Shown here piece after piece: positions 1-12,624 of a DNA stretch of 64,000 nt. Every line of letters starts with the position of its first letter. Within the stretch, counting starts at the first letter, position 1. Position numbers and translations under genes: made by a program. The stretch is from the human T2T-CHM13v2.0 reference genome, Homo sapiens. Location of the stretch: assembly GCF_009914755.1 (NCBI RefSeq), contig NC_060935.1; one strand, written 5' to 3'. The notes beneath the pieces were generated by a model. The model had not been told where the DNA came from and did not search any database. It worked only from the letters and a program-made list of their open reading frames with translations.

Positions 1-1531
1 ATGTATTCTGTGTTTTCCAAGATATATACTTTTATTGCAATAACAGCATCCTCTATGTTTTATATTATTAAGAGTAGAGATTGAAATCTCAATGGCTAAT
101 GAAGCTAAAAAGTTAATTGAGAGGCATGTGTGTGTGTGTATAGCTCAATACATTAGTTATTTTTAAAATAAACCACACATAGTTTAATTGCCTTATTACA
201 TTACTTTTGTATCATTTATTTCAATATTTCAAGTGTAACCTCTATTCCACCCATATTGTTGCTGCCATTTAAAGCAAACAATTGCATTTGTTTAGTTGTA
301 AGTAGGGATTAATTAATTTACCAAGAAAGATTTTATGTTAATCCCTAGGACTGATTTTTCCAATAATACCTGTGTCTCTCTGCACAAAGGCATTAGTTCC
401 ACAACATAATCTTAAAACCCCTTAAAGTTCTGATAAAAAGTTACATGAGAAGACAAAATCATATGCACAATATGTAGTGATTAAATGTCCAAGTTTACAG
501 TGCCTGTTATGTTTTTGTTTCTTTTAATTTTTATCATGGGTAGAAAGAATAAAGAAAAATGACTTAATAAATAAGCAGAGACTACAATTTTTGAAGAATT
601 CTATACACATAAAGATGAAAACAAACCTGCCGGAAGCAATCCTTGGAGAAAAGATCTGCATGAAAACATATCATACACATTGAAAATATACATTTAAAAT
701 TTACACATACAAGGTGAAAGAGGAAGTGGAGTTAAGTAAGTGGAGATAAGGCATATGCGATGGCAGATGACCTCCATTAAGCCACAGACGTACAAAGGTA
801 TTGACAAAAGAGATTGCAAAACTCAAACTCTTATTGCCTCTTCAGAAACACATATTGTGATTCTTCACCAGGAATCATGCACCCATTTATTGCATGTCTC
901 AGAAAAGCCACAAGTATCAGCAGGAGAAAATGATCCAGAGAAATGTGGCCTGCTCTTTACAAGAGCTGAACTGAAAATAACAGTGGACTGTAAATATTGA
1001 TTTAATGCCTACTCATTATTAAACAATATGCCTGTGGACATGCGATTATTGGTTTAGAGGAGTAGGCAGTGATAAATATGAATCTTTCATACTGGAAATC
1101 TAAGCGTTTGCATTAACATTTGACTCAGGGACCATAGTATCTGTAGATCATCAATATAAAAATATACACTCTGAATTTGTTCACAAGTGCACTCTCAAAA
1201 AGAAGCCAGACTGTGGGCATAGCAGCCTAGAAATTTAATTTTTTAAAAAGGCACACATGAAGAGGAAAACATGTACTCTTACCCAAACAACACGGAGAGG
1301 ATTGATGTTCTGAGAAGTTACATGGGTTAGTTATTTGCTTGAAAACACGTGCTTGCCAAAACACTAGGAATAGCAGTGGATTTTTTTTTTTTTTATATAT
1401 GGGAAAGCATTTCAGCCTAAGAAATACAATAGATGAATAGAAGCTTTTTCTGATTATGTAATACTAATAAGACTATTGTATATTAAATGCAATTATACAT
1501 CAAAATTCCCTCTCCCCAGAATATAGCCACT

Positions 1532-1540
1532 ACACACACA

Positions 1541-1590
<50 letters not shown>

Positions 1591-1594
1591 GAGA
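1532..1594. repeat. (CA)n microsatellite followed by short (GA)n
   Basis: Direct reading: ~26 CA units with one GA interruption, then gaaagagagaga. Confidence 0.95.
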
Positions 1595-1794
1595 GAATGT
1601 GATGGGAGGACTGGACTTTGTAGAGATAAATCCTTTAAAATGTTATTTTGTGTTGGCTGCTGGTGGGAGGGATTCTTACAGTCAAGGGAGACATGGTTTT
1701 AAATTATATATGTCAAATAATGTGGATTATGGAAAGTATTAGAACTTGCCTATACTAGCAGGTAAATAACAAAAAGTTTGCCAATAATACATAC

Positions 1795-2160
1795 ATAGAT
1801 AAAATTATATATAAAATATAATATATAACTAAAATATAATATATAATTTATATGTAATTATATAAATTATATTATACAAATATATAAATTATATATAATG
1901 TATCTTTATCTAATATTTATATGGATATTAAATACCTATATATTTGTATATCTAATATATATAATTTTTATATAATTATAAATATAATTGTATCTATATA
2001 TTTATCTAATTATATCAATGTATAAATTTTATATCAAATATAAATGTATACATAGCATATATAAAATATAAGCATATGTATAATATATAATTTGTTTATA
2101 TGTTATATAAACATATACCATGTTTATGTGTTATATATGTTTATATATTATATATAAAAT
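1795..2160. repeat. AT-rich low-complexity / degenerate (TA)n tract
   Basis: Almost all A/T with recurrent tatata motifs. Confidence 0.8.
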
Positions 2161-4039
2161 TAGGTATTTGATAGTAGATAAAATTAGCTTGTAATTCTCA
2201 GTTTCTGCATAAAACTCTAAGAAGTTAGTTTGTCGAGATTCATTAATTAGGCTAAAAATGGAAATATCTAGGACTTACAAATGTTTTTCTATATTGCCTT
2301 ATTATATATATTATATTTAGCAGTATATCTGAACAAATTGCAGCATTACCAAAAATATTTACAATAAAATATTTTCATGTTATATATCTATTAAACGTCT
2401 TCCTAATTAATTAAAAATCTCATCAAGAAACCTATGAATGTCTTATTTTTCTGCCTTAGTTGTTTTGTATTCTTCATATATTTCAAAAGTTCTACAGTTA
2501 TGCAGATAGATCATCTTGTTATGCAAGTATTTATACCATATACTAGATCTATCCAAGATGTAAATTATCAATAAATATCTCTCTTTCAATCTACAATCCA
2601 AGCATTTTATGATTATTGATTCATTACCTAAAACTAAAAATATAATTATTTGAGGATATAAATTATATTTGATAAATAACTGTTTCATTTAGTATTTCCA
2701 AGTCAAAATTATGATAAATACACTTGATTTATTAAAAGAACATTCCTAGTTGAAAACTTCAGGAAAAAAATTAGGAAAGACTTTTCTTCTTCTAGAACCT
2801 TGATGTACTATCTGAAGCTCGTAATTCTGATTTTCTTCATTATTTAGTAACACAAATATTACCATAATTTTGACTAATGCCTGATACTGAGTGTTGATAT
2901 TAAGTTCTATGACTATTTTTCTGTGATAGATGAATTGTCTGTGTTGCGTAGAACAATATGCATACCAGGAAGCATGTATATTGGCCCCATGGAGCCCCGT
3001 TTGTTGGAGAAAATTCATGTGTTTTCCCCATTGACCCATCATTTGGGAGCAGTGTGTAGTGATTGGTAGAGACAGAATCCAGAGAGGGGCCCTGACTCTC
3101 TATTTGTAGAACGTAATTGGGGAAGCACCAGCACGTGCCATGATGTGATAATAGCTATGATAAGACAGCAATGTAGCATGACAGAACATTGGCTACAACC
3201 TTAGCTGTTACCTCAGCTTTTACAATTGAAAACAGAGTCAGATTCTCTCTGGAATAATTAGGAGACAGAAAACGAAGCCTTGTGTTTGATCAAAATTGAC
3301 TGCCTTAGTCATGGAGCCTGTTTTAATTAACCTTTTTAATAAGCCAGATTTTTGTTTTCTGGGAAGCCAATCTTTAGGGGACTACTCTTGGATAATTTAA
3401 ATGTACCACGCCACTCAGAAATATACGTAACATGTAATGTTCATCCATTTAGAATATTTTAGAGTATCCTTTGCATAGAGTCAAATGTTTCACTTGGTAT
3501 AAAAACATATTTCATTACATTAATTTAGTGATTACTAGATTAAGCTGGGAAACTACTTCCGTTTATGGCCAAATAGTCATCTTTCACAGTGATTACCATG
3601 CTTAAAAATTTGATGATGAGGAGAATCTTTCCACATTTGTTTTATTCTTCTTGCAATAGCCCATTCTTGTTATAAATACCCCAAGTATTTTAAAGACTGC
3701 AACCAGAGGTTCTATGTTCTATTCCTCTGGAATATACAATTGACTTAGTACTTGCTGGTTCTCTTTAGCTACTGCAAATATACCTATTTATTCTTTAGTC
3801 CCTAATAACACAGAGAACAAACCTGGCAATAAGAAAGTTGAAGACTACGTTTATTTTATCTTATTGTATTTTTTTTTAGTTCCCAGATATCTGTTCTTAT
3901 ATTGCTGGTACACAGAAAGAAACTGTGAGCCTCTCTAAGCAGCATGCTCCCCCTTTTGTTACCTCTTGAAGTGCCTCCAATTCATCATGTATATTCTGGG
4001 CCAAGTCTGTGTATTAAAAAAAAAAAGATAGGAGGTGGT

Positions 4040-4250
4040 ACCAGGAAGAACAAATCACAGTCTGTAATTTATTGGTTGTGTGACATTAAATATGTCCCTT
4101 CACCATTTTGAACCATGGTTTTCTTACCTATAAAGTAAAAATAAGATCTACCTCTTGGGGTTTATGTGACAATTACATAAAGTGTGTGTGTCCGTGCATT
4201 TCTGAGCAGAATGACTGACAGTGCTACAGTACCTTAGTGGTACCAAGAAG
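4040..4250 (+). mobile_element. MIR SINE fragment
   Basis: Degenerate MIR core: ttgtgtgacatt...tggttttcttacctataaagtaaaaataa...ctacctcttggggttt. Confidence 0.55.
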
Positions 4251-5166
4251 AGTGCTTATTGTTTTTTGTTTTGTTGTTGTTGTTGTTTTTCATGTATCAC
4301 AAGTGCTTTTTTCATGATTTTTTTTCAAAATACCTCATATAAAGGTATAGAATTAGGGATTTTTCAGGTAAAGTAAGAAATGCAACAGCCATTATGGGAA
4401 AAAATCCATATACCCACTTTTGATTTTTAGCCCAGGCACATCAGAACTGACTACATTTCTAATTAAACTTCAAGAAATAATGTTCACATTAAATAAGTCT
4501 GTAAAACCAAAGCACTGGAAGATAATGTAAAATATTATTCATAATATTATATTCAAAATGAAAATTTATAAGGCCAATATTTATCTATTGTCTTTTCTAA
4601 ATAATGTTTTCAGAGACAGGATTTGTGCTCTTTCCATTTTGCTTTCTGGGCAAATATATTTGGAAAAATAAAATGGTTTCCTATATCTAATATTTAAAAA
4701 CTAATAGAAATGAAATTCAAATGATTTCCCAACTAGTTGTCAATAGTCTTACAAAGTCCCTTTAAATGTATTTTTCTTGTAAAATACATTTTACAAGATG
4801 TAAAAATATATTGTAAAATATATTTTTAATCTTCTGAGTGTTCATAATACTGATAAGCTAAATAGTATATAATTTTCAAAAACATTCAAGGACATAAATT
4901 TGATTTTTTTTTACTTTTCCTGCTCCATTGTCGTTAGTCAAGAACTATTGAATCAAGACATATAGACACAGTACTCTAGTTTCCTGTGATTCCTATAATA
5001 TCTTCTTCAGTAATTATTTTGAAGGCTCTTTCTATTCTGTCTCCAACTTTTTCTAGCCAGAATCCCCATACAGTCACCAAAACACTCTATACTCTCATCT
5101 ATGTTATTATTCTATAAACTTGTTAAAATCCATGCTATTGTTTAATCATCCAAAAGGATGATAATT

Positions 5167-5426
5167 GCTGAGCGCAATGGCTCACATCTATAATCCCAGC
5201 ACTTTGGAAGGCTGAGGCAGGAGGATCACATTGAGACCATGAGTTCCATCTGGACCAGCTTGGGCAACATGGCAAGACATTGACTTTACAAAAAAATAAT
5301 TAAAATATTAACCAGGCATAGTGGTGTACACCTGTAGCCCCAGCTTCTTGGAAGGCTGATGTGGAGGATCACATGAGCTCAGAAGGTTGAAGCTGCAGTG
5401 AGCTATGATCTTGCCACTGCACTCCA
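5167..5426 (+). mobile_element. AluJ-type SINE, 3'-truncated (no tail)
   Basis: Two Alu monomers with J-type gaggatcac..tgag motifs; ends abruptly at cactgcactcca. Confidence 0.85.
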
Positions 5427-7657
5427 CTCTTTAATTCTAATCCCCACATGTCAAGCGAAGGACCTGGAGGCAGGTGATTGCATCATGGGGGTGGTTTCCC
5501 CCATGCTGTTCTTGTGGTAGTGAGGGAATTCTCACAAGATCTGAAGGTTTTAAAAGTGGCAATTTATCCTGTGCGCTCTTCCTCCTGGCACCTTATGAAG
5601 AAGTTGCTTGCTCCTCCTTCACCTTTTGCGATGATTGTAAGTTTCCTTCTCTCCAGCCATGTAGTTCTGTGAGTCAATTAAACCACCTTTGTTATAAATT
5701 ATCCAGTCCCAGGTAGTATCTTTATAGCAGTGTAAAAATGAACTAATACAGAGAATTGGTACCTGGAGTAAGGTACTGCTATGAAGACAAACCAAAAATA
5801 TGGAATCAATTTTGGAACTGTGTAACAGGCAGAGGTTGGAACAGTTTGGAGGGCTTGTAAGAGCATAGAAAGATGTGTGGAGAGTTTGGAACTTCCTAGA
5901 GTTTTGCTAAATGGTTTTCAACAAAATGCTGATGGTGATATGGACAATGAAGTCTAGGCTGAGGTGGCCTCAGATGGAAATGAGGGACCTTATTGGGCAC
6001 TGGAGCGAAGGTCACTCTTGCTATGCTTTGGCAAAGAGACTGATGGCATTTTGCCACTGGCCTAGAGATCTGTGGAACTTTTAACTTGAGAGGGATGATT
6101 TAGGATATCTGGCAGAAAAAAATTTCCAAGCAACCCAGCATTCAAGAGTAAGTTGATTTTTCTGAAGGCATTCAGATATATGCATACACAAATATATGGT
6201 TTAAAATCAAAACTTAAGTTTGAAAGGGAAGCAGAGCACAGAAGTTTGGAAAATTTGCAGCCTGGTCATGTGTTAGAAAAGAAAACCCTATTTTCTGGGG
6301 AGGAATTTGAGCAGCCTGCAGAAATTTGCATAAGTAATGAGGAGCTGGATGTTAATAGCCAAGACAAAGGGGAAATTTGTGATATTTGCAAATACCACAG
6401 ATATTTGCAGCAGCTCCTCCCATCACAGGCCCAGAAGTCTAGGAGAAAAAATGGCTTTGTGAGGAGGGCCCAGGACCTCACTGCTCTGTGCACCCCTAGG
6501 ACATGGTGTCCTGCATACTAGCTGCTCCAGCTGCAGCTAAAAGGGGTCAAGGTACAGCTTGGGCCATTGCTTTAGAGGATGCAGGCCCCAAGCTTTGGTG
6601 GTTTCTATGTGGTATGGGTTCTGTGGGTGCACAGAAGATGAGAGTTGGGCTTTTGGAACCTCCACCTAGATTTCAGAGGACGTATGGAAACACCTGGATG
6701 TCCAGGCAGAAGTCAGTTGCAGGGGTGGGGCCCTCATGGACAACCTCTGCTAGTGCAGTGCAGAGAGGAAATGTGCAGTTGGAACCTACACACAGAGTCC
6801 CCACTGGGGCACTGCCTGGTGGAGCTGTGAGAAGAGGGCCACCACCCTCCAGACTGCAGAAAGGTAGACCCACTGACAGCTTGCAACATATACCTGGAAA
6901 AGCCACAGGCACTCAACACCAGCCCTTGAAAGCAGCCTCAGGGGCTGTACCCTGCAGAGCCACAGAAGCAAAGCTGCCCAAGGCCATGGGAGTCCACCAC
7001 TTGCAACAGCATGACCTGTAAAACAGGGAGTCAAAGCAAATTTGGGAGCTTGAAATTTTAATGACTGCCCAGCCAGATTTCAGACTTGCATGGGGCCTGT
7101 AGCCCCTTTGCTTTGGCCAGTTTATCCCATTTGGAATGGGAACATTTACCTAATACCTATACCCCCATTGTATATTGGAAGTAACTCATTTGTTTTTGAT
7201 TCTTCAGACTCATAGGCAGAAGAAACTTGCCTTGTCTCAGATGATGCTTGGGACTTGGACTTTTGGGTTAATACTGGAATGAGTAAAGACACTGGGGGAC
7301 TGTTGAGAAGGCATGATTGGTTTTGAAATGGAAAAAGGACATGAGATTTTGGAGGGGCAAGGGACAGAATGATATGGTTTTTTCTGTGTTCCCACCCAAA
7401 TCTCATCTTAAATTTTATTCCCCATGTGTCAAGGGAAGGACCAGGAGGGAGGTCGTTGGATCATGGGGGCAGATTCCCCCATGCTGTTCTGGTGATAGTG
7501 AGGGAGAGCTCAGGAGATCTGATGGTTTTAAAAGTCGCAGTTTCCCCTGCACTGTCTGTCTCTCCTGGCCCCTTGTGAAGAAGTTGTTTGCCTCCCCTTC
7601 ATCTTCTGCCATGATTGTAAGTTTCCTGAGGCCTCTGCAGCCATGTGGAACTGTGAT
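5427..7657 (+). mobile_element. ERVL-MaLR element (MSTA/THE1D-like): 5' LTR 5427-5750, internal 5751-7369, 3' LTR 7370-7657
   Basis: 5' LTR ends aactaataca. The internal region starts gagaattggtacc and ends with a purine-rich tract before tgatatggttt. The two LTRs are similar to each other. The 6153-6521 and 6503-7021 ORFs are MaLR internal ORF remnants. Confidence 0.88.
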
Positions 7658-8119
7658 TCATTTATAATTCAATAATAGAATTCAATAATAGAACTGAGTT
7701 CTATTATTACTTCCTGGCATGTGTGCAAATTTCTCCACAGTCAGACTGTTACTAAGGAAAGAAACCTAGATTTAATCAGCTGTATTTAATCATAAATCAG
7801 GAACATAAATTATGATATTATGTTCTTAATTTACTGTTCAAAACTTGCATTTCTTCACAACTGAGATTCTTGCTAAAGAAAAATAACACTAAATTTATAA
7901 AATAAATTAATGCAATCAATTTTTCATATAGCAAGATGCTTCTTAAGTCTCTACACCTTGGTTAAGAGAGTAGAAACTAATCTATCTTTTAACTCAAATT
8001 TTAAATTAAAGTGGCTTGGAGTCTATTTTCTTCCTCTGCCATTTTTTTTCATCAATTGATTACTATTTAAGCCTTGTCCTAGCTCTGTTGCCACTTTCCT
8101 TTAATTAGTTGGCATATAC

Positions 8120-8320
8120 TATGTGACAGGTATTATAAAGATATGTTCTTATTTTATTTTTATTTAATGTTCATGCAATTTTGAAAGTGTGTTATAAATC
8201 CCCATTTTTAGATGTAGGAGAAAACTGAAGCTCAGAAAATGCTAAGTGCACTTTATGCAAATTAATAAGTAATGGATCTATAATTCAAATTTGTATTTCT
8301 AAAGGTCCTAGATTCCCCCA
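8120..8320 (-). mobile_element. MIR SINE fragment
   Basis: cccattttagatgtaggagaaaactgaagctcaga resembles the MIR core reverse complement. Confidence 0.55.
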
Positions 8321-8639
8321 CGGGATTGTGCCACAGTTGAAAATATCATGTTATTAATAACCATTTGCTATTCAAACTCTGCCATACTAAAATCTTCTTC
8401 ATATCACAGCCAATAATTTGCATACTCAGCAGAGAACAGTGGCTATTAATTAATCACATGTTATTCTGCCATGTATTGTACAGTACGTTGTATGTGCTCA
8501 CTCCAGAATAAATGCTCTTTTTAAAGAAATTCTAGAGAAGAGATAATTGTCACAAAGGTGCATAAGAATTTATGTCCTTAATGACAACTAAGGAAAATAA
8601 ACTCTGTCAGATTATCTATACTCAGAATCAATTCCATCC

Positions 8640-8960
8640 CCTTTAGTTTTCTCCATTCTATCACAGGGTCTGGAAGTCTAAGAACTATATTTTTCAAAAT
8701 CTCTCTGCAGCGGAGTTTCAAGTTAGAGTGCACCAATGATAGGCGGTTTCACAAGGAAATGTGGGATGCAGAAGTATTTCCTTTAGCAACAGCAGGCAGC
8801 CATGGGCTCTATCAGGGATGTGATTGTGTACCAGCTGCTGGGCCTTCCATGTGAATTTCACTTTCTGAGTGTTTCAGATCACTGTGAACATTGTGGACAG
8901 CCTCCTGACCTATAACAGAAGCAACTTCCTGATTATATTACCAAGTCTGAGCTAGTAGTG
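8640..8960. mobile_element. Possible ancient ERVL LTR fragment (LTR33/LTR16-like)
   Basis: aactatatttttcaaaatctctctgcagc...gttagagtgcaccaatga resembles the conserved core of these LTRs; recalled similarity only. Confidence 0.3.
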
Positions 8961-10938
8961 AGATAACTTGATCACTCCTCCAGCATTTTCAGTTGTTTTG
9001 CAAGTAGCTCATTTCCTGTGTGAAATCTCTCATAGTTTAAACATTCTAGAGAGGCTTTTGTTTTCCTGATTGTACTCTGACTGATATAGGAGGACAAGAA
9101 TAGTGGCAAAATATAATGTGTTAGTTTCCACTTATAAGAAGCTTCAAGTCTAGAGAAAGAAAGGTTTAACAATATTTTTATTTATTCAGTGGGCATTATC
9201 AACTGAGAAATACTTCCCTCATGCATTCTGAGGTGGGACTTAACCTCTCTCCACACTAGACAAAATTATATAAATGTAACACCACCCACCATGACTTCAT
9301 ACCAGGACCACAAAACCTAACTACTTTCTAGACTCTCCATCAACTCCTCAATAGTTCTGTCCTCCAAGAGGTGGCAATTGTACTTTTCTTTGAATTTATG
9401 TCACTTCTATAACGGTTACATTGAAAAAAAGAAGAAAAAAATCATGTTTTAACATCACTATCTCCTGCCATTTTCCTTCTCATACTTGCTTCCTTATTTT
9501 CAATTATTTACCAACACTTGCCCAGCTCATATGGTAAAACATACATTCGAGGAGTAGGATACAATTAACTAAGGCCTTATCAAATTATTTATATAACGTC
9601 TCAATAAAAGACATTTGTGCCAGGATAGACAAAGTGAAGAACTGTCGCATTTCCCACCAAATCTTCAAAAAGTCATTTTCAAATAATAGAACATGATATA
9701 TTAATTTCATTGAAGTAAATATTTTTCTTCTAGCTATTTCTTAAGTGAGACAGGACTTTTGATGGTACTAATAGGCAGTTCCCGGGTTTCAATATTTACT
9801 TAAAGCACTTGTTATCTGCTATTATATTCTTAGTTGTTACTATTATTATCTTTATTCTAAGGGATGTGTTTTCAACCCATTTCTAACAAAGGTTATTCTG
9901 ATTCATTTTTAACTTTGAAAGAGCTTTTATAAAATAATATGCTTTGTGTAGGAAGATCCAATTCAGTAGATCCTTTTCTCTCTTTAATGTGATGCACTTA
10001 ATGTTGTGAAGCTTTCTATGATTTTCTCCTTACCTTTTGGGGGTAAAAACCAGGTCTGGAACTGGAAAAAATGTAGACATCTAATTACTTCTATATACTT
10101 CAAAGGAACAAGTAAGTTTACTTCTAAAAGAGCTGATAAAAGTTGTTCTGGCAAATAAGTTCTGACAGTTAATGGAACTAATTTACAAGTAAAGAGATGT
10201 GAGAAATAAATTGTTCCATGGGTATAGGAACTTTAAAATATTGGAGTCATGGAGGTGAACATCTAAAATTGCTCTATCTTCATATTAGAAAATAGCAATT
10301 TAGAAAATATCATTTATTTAAAGCTTAAGAAAAACATGTTCTATTCACAGCATAAGGCCGATGGGGATGGGGAAACACCATAATCTATTAGACTCTCCTT
10401 TATATGTCCAAGTACCTAGATAACTAGAATTCATTTAATCATATAAGCCCAAAATATAAATACCATCCTAGACATAAGGAAATCAGTGAATATGTCTGAC
10501 TTGGGAATTTATTCATTGATCACATCTATTATCTTCTTGAAATACTTTTTTTAGTGGGGTTATGGGGTTATGAAAATGATAAGTAGTATTAAATAACCAA
10601 AAATGTATATTAAGGCAAGAGCCACACTTCGAGATGTAAGCCTATCTAGAAATTATGAATTGAACCAAAATATATTTTGTTTCCTTCTATTTCTCTATAT
10701 CCATTAAGACTGAGATTTCCAATGATTAGAACAGAGATGTTGATGATTCTAAAAAATATACTGTGAAATTATTTTTGAAAACAATTAAGTTACTATTGGG
10801 AAATAAAATCTCATTTAAGAAATATAGAGAAGTTCCATGTTCTGTTCCCAGGATAACACAATATTAAAGGACTTCTGAAAATGGGCTAAGACTGTGTAGC
10901 AATTTTGAAAGGTAATTTACTTCTTAGATTCCTTAGGG

Positions 10939-11316
10939 TTTTTGTTTTGTTTTGTTTTTTTGTTTTTTTTTGTTTGTTTTTTTTGAGACAAAGTCTTGCT
11001 CTGTTGCCTAGGCTAGAGTGCAGTGGCACGATCTTGGCTCACTGCAATCTCCACCTCCTGTGTTCAAGTGATTATCCTGACCTACCGAGTAGCTACCTAC
11101 TGGAGTAGCTGGGATTACTTGAGTAGCTTGGAGTCACCTACCGAGTAGCTGGCACTACAGGCGCCCACCACTATGCCTGGATAATTTTTGTAATTTTAGT
11201 AGAGATGGGATTGGGCCACGTTGACCAGGCTGGTCTTGGACTGCTGACCTCAGGTGATCCACCCCCTTCATCCTCCCATTGTGCTGGGATTACAGGGTGA
11301 GCCACAGCACTCAGCC
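10939..11316 (-). mobile_element. AluS (Sx-like) with internal serial duplication and (GTTTT)n-type tail
   Basis: Reverse-complement Alu from the T-rich tail to cactcagcc; ctcaggtgatcc. Confidence 0.9.
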
Positions 11317-11870
11317 AAGTATTTGTTAATAGGATACTTTTATCCAGTGTACGCAAAAAATTTCCAAAGGAAACCTGTCTATCCACAATTGGACATACTT
11401 ATCTGAAATTAATTTGATCTGATCCTCCCAAAATGATAGTATATAATATGAGAACAAAGAGCATAAACTTGAATTTCAAAAAATATTAATGTTTTTGAAA
11501 AATGAAATATTTTTAATTTTAAACACATTTTAAAGTATTCATTATTGTTATTATTGTATTTAAGTAAGTATAGATTAGTTGATCAATCTGTATTTTCTAA
11601 ATTGTGCAAATTTATATTTAACACCCTCCCAAAACACTTTGTTTCAATGCATTTTATTTTTAATAGCATTTATGACACTGCTTAACATACAGATATTCTT
11701 ATTCTCTGTAAGTTTATATTGAAAACAATTTTCTAGAACTATTAAAGTATTTTGTAAAAATATCTGTTGAACCAATAGTGAGCTCCTATCGTAAGAAATC
11801 AAAAACACAGTAGCAAATGACTTCTCTGAGATACTGTAATGATGAATGGGTTGGCAAATTGTGTTCCTGA

Positions 11871-12040
11871 GATGGTTTCCAATGCTGGCAATACATTAGA
11901 GTTATCTGGTAAGCATCTAACAAATAAATATGTCTTTCAACTCAGATCTGATGAATAGAAATATATAGGGTGCAGGTTCCACGCATATGTATTGGTAATA
12001 AACTTTTTAAGCGATATGATCTACCTGGTTTAAAAACAAT
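11871..12040. mobile_element. MER5A-like hAT-Charlie MITE
   Basis: tggtttccaatgctggcaatacattagagttatctgg...tggtttaaaaacaa follows the MER5 layout. Confidence 0.5.
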
Positions 12041-12624
12041 AACTGAGTATCACAGGATTCAATTTTTTAAAAGACATATATGCATCAAATAGCTTTTACT
12101 CAGGTAAACAATCTACATGGAATAAGTCAAGTTTCAGGTGCATCACTGAGTTGCAGAATCCTGAATTGTTAAGATTAATACGAAATATAGTCTTTCCATT
12201 TCAGCCTAGTTATGAAGTGATTTGAATTCTAGCCCTTGGGGAAAATGAGCTCTATAGTTTCATTCTCACAGTCCAGTATTCATATCTACATTCAGTAAAA
12301 GTTTACTGAACACCTTCTGGGGTCAAGGCAATAGTCTCTTGAACTCCTTGACATGTTAGAGTTGTTGCTCTTTAAATTCTATCCCCTTCTCCTAGAATCC
12401 CCTCTACTCATCTCTTTTCTTGGCACTAAGTCTTTCAAAGAACTGATTACTTCAAGTGACCCATCTAATCTCAAAATTCCATGTTCAATGATAAAAGTTG
12501 CGGAGCAGGATAAATACACACAGGTAGCAGCTCTGCCTCTTTGAGACATTTTTAGCATGACCTGTGTCCTGGGACCTGTCCAATCACTGCACAACAGAAC
12601 AAAAAACAGTAGCTATTCTCAGGC

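Noticed and set aside
6153-7034. Cluster of 60-172-aa ORFs
   Set aside because: Fragmented remnants of the MaLR internal region, not a host gene.
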